Source: Eledone cirrhosa
Taxonomy: Eukaryota
Length of the DNA: 64,000 nt
Direction of reading: 5' to 3'
Assembly: GCA_964016885.1 (NCBI GenBank)
Contig: OZ024744.1
Span: 122,140,001 to 122,204,000, forward strand
Part shown: one piece after another, positions 60,304 through 64,000 of the stretch
Position numbering within the stretch: the stretch's first letter is position 1
Layout of the letters: each line of letters starts with the position of its first letter
Translations under genes and position numbers: made by a program
The notes under the pieces: model-generated
The model's input: only the letters and a program-made list of their open reading frames with translations
The model's database searches: none
Told to the model about the DNA's origin: nothing

Positions 60304-63300
60304 TTCCTCAACACATGACCTAACCATCTGACACTATCTCTCTTCACAACATCCATCACCACCTCTATTCCTCTCACCCAGTCACTTTTATCCGTCCTCA
60401 ACAGATGACCCAACCATCTCATACTATCTCTCTTCACAACATACATCACTACCTCTATTCCTCTCACCCAGTCACTTTTATCCTTCCTCAACACATGACC
60501 CAACCATCTCACACTATCTCTCTTCACAACATCCATCACTACCTCTATTCCTCTCACCCAGTCACTTTTATCCTTCCTCAAAACATGACTAAACCGTCTC
60601 ACACTATCTCTCTTCACAACATCCATCACTACCTCTATTCCTCTCACCCAGTCACTTTCATACTGCCTCAACCCATGACCCAACCATCTCACACTATCTC
60701 TTTTCACAACATCCATCACTACATCTGTTCCTCTCACCCAGTCACTTTTATACTTCCTCAACACATGACCCAACCATCTCACACTATCTCTCTTCACAAC
60801 ATCCATCACTACCTCTATTCCTCTCACCCAGTCACTTTTATCCTTCCTCAACACATGACCCAACCATCTCACACTATCTCTCTTCAAAACATCCATCACC
60901 ACCTCCATTCCTCTCACCCAGTCACTTTTATCCTTCCTCAACACATGACCTAACCATCTCACACTATCTCTCTTCACACATCCATCACCACCTCTATTCC
61001 TCTCACCGAGTCACTTTTATCCTTCCTCAACACATGACCCAACCATCTCACACTATCTCTCTTCACAACATCCATCACCACCTCTATTCCTCTCACCCAA
61101 TCACTTTTATCCTTCCTCAACACACGACCTAACCATCTGACACTATCTCTCTTCAAAACATCCATCACTACCTCTATTCCTATCAGCCAGTCACTTTTAT
61201 CCTTCCTCAACACATGACCCAACCATATCACACTATCTCTCTTCACAACATCCATCACTACCTCTATTCCTCTCACTCAGTCACTTTTATACTTCCTCAA
61301 CACATGACCCAACCATCTCACAATATCTCTCTTCACAACATCCATCACTACCTCTATTCCTCCCACCTCCCAGTCACTTTTATCCTTTCTCAACACATGA
61401 CCCAACCATCTCACACTATCTCTCTTGACAACATCCATCACTACCTCTAATCCTCTCAGCCAGTCACTTTCATACTTCCTCAAAACATGACTAAACCATC
61501 TCACACTATCTCTCTTCAACAACATCCATCACTATCTCTATTCCTCTCACCCAGTCACTTTCATACTGCCTCAACCCATGACCCAACCATCTCACACTAT
61601 CTCTCTTCACAACATCCATCACTACATCTGTTCCTCTCACCCAGTCACTTTTATACTTCCTCAACACATGACCCAACCATCTCACACTATCTCTCTTCAC
61701 AACATCCATCACTACCTCTATTCCTCTCACCCAGTTACTTTTATCTTTCCTCAACACATGACCCAACCATCTCACACTATCTCTCTTCACAACATCCATC
61801 ACTACCTCTACTCCTCTCACCTAGTCACTTTCAACCTTCCTCAACACATGACCCAACCATCTGACACTATCTCACTTCACAACATCCATCACCACCTCTA
61901 TTCCTCTCACCCAGTCACTTCTATCCTTCCTCAACACATGACCCAACCATCTCACACTATCTCTCTTCACAACATCCATCACCACCTCTATTCCTCTCAC
62001 CCAGTCACTTTTATCCTTCCTCAACACATGACCCAACCATATCACACTATCTCTCTTCACAACATCCATCATTACCTTTATTGCTCTCACCCAGTCACTT
62101 TCATACTTCCTCAACACATGACCCAACCATCTCATACTATCTCTCTTCACAACAACCATCACTACCTCTATTCCTCTCACCCAGTCACTTTTATCCTACC
62201 TCAACACATGACCCAACCATCTCACACTATCTCTCTTCACAACATCCATCACTAACTCTATTCCTCTCACCCAGTCACTTTTATCCTTCCTCAACACATG
62301 ACCTAACCATCTCACACTATCTCTCTTCACAACATCCATCATTACCTCTATTGCTCTCACCCAGTCACTTTCATACTTCCTCAACACATGACCCAACCTT
62401 CTCACACTATCTCTCTTCACAACATCCATCACTACCTCTATTCCTCTCACCCAGTCACTTTCATACTTCCTCAACACATGACCCAACCATCTCACACTAT
62501 CTCTCTTCACAACATCCATCACTACCTCTATTCCTCTCACCCAGTCACTTTTATCCTTCCTCAACACATGACCCAACCATCTCACACTATCTCTCTTCAC
62601 AACATCCATCACTACCTCTATTCCTCACACCCAGTCACTTTTATCCTTCCTCAACACATAACTCAACCATCTCACACTATCTCTCTTCACAACATCCATC
62701 ACTACCTCTATTCCTCTCACCCAGTCACTTTCATACTTCCTCAACACATGACCCACCTATCTCACACTATCCCTCTTCACAACATCCATCACTACCTCTA
62801 TTCCCCTCACCCAGTCACTTTCATACTGCCTCAACACATGACCCAACAATCTCTCACTATCTCTCTTCACAACATCCATCACTACCTCTATTCCTCTCAC
62901 CCAGTCACTTTCATACTTCCTCAACACATGACCCAACCATCTCACACTATCTCTCTTCACAACATCCATCACTACCTCTATTCCTCTCACCCAGTCACTT
63001 TTATCCTTCCTCAATACATAACCTAACCATCTGACACTATCTCTCTTCACAACATCCATCACTACATCTGTTCCTCTCACCCAGTCACTTTCATACTTCC
63101 TCAACACATGAACCAACCATCTCACACTATCTCTCTTCACAACATCCATCACTACATTTAATCCTCTCAGCCAGTCAATTTCATACTGCCTCAACACATG
63201 ACCCAACCATCTCTCACTATCTCTCTTCACAACATCCATCACTACCTCTATTCCTCTCACCCAGTCACTTTCATACTTCCTCAACACATGACCCAACCAT

Positions 63301-64000
63301 CTCACGCTATCTCTCTTCACAACATCCATCACTACCTCTATTCCTCTCACCCCATAACTTTTATCCTTCCTCAACACATGACCTAACCATCTCACACTAT
63401 CTCTCTTCACAACATCCATCACTACCTCTATTCCTCTCACCCAGTCACTTTTATACTTCCTCAACACATGACCTAACCATCTGACACTATCTCTCTTCAC
63501 AACATCCATCACTACCTCTATTCCTCTCACCCAGTCACTTTTATCCTTCCTCAACACATGACCTAACCATCTCACACTATCTCTCTTCAACAACATCCAT
63601 CACTATCTCTATTCCTCTCACCCAGTCACTTTCATAATTCCTCAACACATGCCCCAATCATCTCACACTATCCCTCTTCACAACATCCATCACTACCTCT
63701 ATTCCTCTCACCCAGTCACTTTTATACTTCCTCAACACATGACCCAACCATCTCACGCTATCTCTCTTCACAATATCCATCACTACCTCTATTCCTCTCA
63801 CCCAGTCACTTTTATCCTTCCTCAACACATGACCCAACCATCTCACACTATCTCTCTTCACAACATCCATCACTACATCTACTCCTCTCACCTAGTCACT
63901 TTCAACCTTCCTCAACACATGACCCAACCATCTCACACTATCTCTCTTCACAACATCCTTCACTACCTCTATTCCTCTCAGCCAGTCACTTTCATACTTC

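Larger units (their letters stand above)
1..64000. repeat. Satellite DNA array, 90-bp monomer, about 710 head-to-tail copies, extends beyond both window edges
   Basis: The motif cacatgacccaaccatctcacactatc recurs every 90 bp (atg at 30, 120, 210, 300, ...) to the end of the window. Monomers differ by a few substitutions and rare -1/+1/-2/+3/-25 indels. Hand count of the consensus gives C38 T27 A23 G2, with no CpG. Confidence 0.99.
1..64000 (-). mobile_element. Monomer probably derived from a 30-codon fragment of an RTE-like non-LTR retrotransposon ORF (post-RT C-terminal WxGHVxR region); non-autonomous relic, not an intact element
   Basis: The minus-strand translation of every monomer is GIEVVMDVVKRDSVRWLGHVLRK(D/Y)(K/E)SDWVR. 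It resembles the remembered RTE-clade pattern 'G(I/V)xx(I/V)xDxxxxxRLRW(F/L)GHVxRxxxxxW(V/I)(K/R)'. No RT (YADD) or endonuclease sequence is present. Recognition from memory, no search run. Confidence 0.7.

Noticed and set aside
596-63891. Minus-strand ORFs as functional genes or an active retrotransposon
   Set aside because: Only one 30-aa motif is repeated, with no RT or endonuclease domain. Nonsense variants ('tctcactt' gives TGA, 'ctctacac' gives TAG) and frameshifts are propagated freely.
1-64000. CRISPR array or other repeat-spacer or variable-cassette system
   Set aside because: There are no unique spacers. Variation is scattered point change inherited in blocks, and no cas or other gene is present.
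1-64000. Canonical G-quadruplex or simple telomeric repeat
   Set aside because: The G-rich strand has only two GGG runs per 90 bp, and there are no TTAGGG or TTAGG tandem units.

Overview
The whole 64-kb window is one uninterrupted, head-to-tail tandem array of about 710 copies of a 90-bp monomer. The + strand consensus is atgacccaaccatctcacactatctctcttcacaacatccatcactacctctattcctctcacccagtcacttt(t/c)at(c/a)cttcctcaacac. I saw no unique sequence, inversion or foreign insertion, and the array runs off both ends. This looks like eukaryotic satellite DNA. The ORFs in the track, including the 2819-aa one, are by-products of a monomer whose length is a multiple of 3, so I call no CDS. The main observation is on the minus strand, where each monomer reads GIEVVMDVVKRDSVRWLGHVLRKDKSDWVR. 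This closely resembles the 'R-L-R-W-[FL]-G-H-V-x-R' segment C-terminal of the reverse transcriptase domain in RTE-clade non-LTR retrotransposons. The satellite therefore appears to be a 30-codon piece of a LINE ORF amplified hundreds of times; this rests on motif recognition, not a database search. Shared variants and indels show a layered history: several monomer subfamily domains, a diverged transition zone at about 27.7-31.3 kb, and nested higher-order duplications of 2605, 2070/2160, about 2790, 2525, 6218, 3693 and 3312 bp. Host organism, chromosomal position and function cannot be determined from this window.
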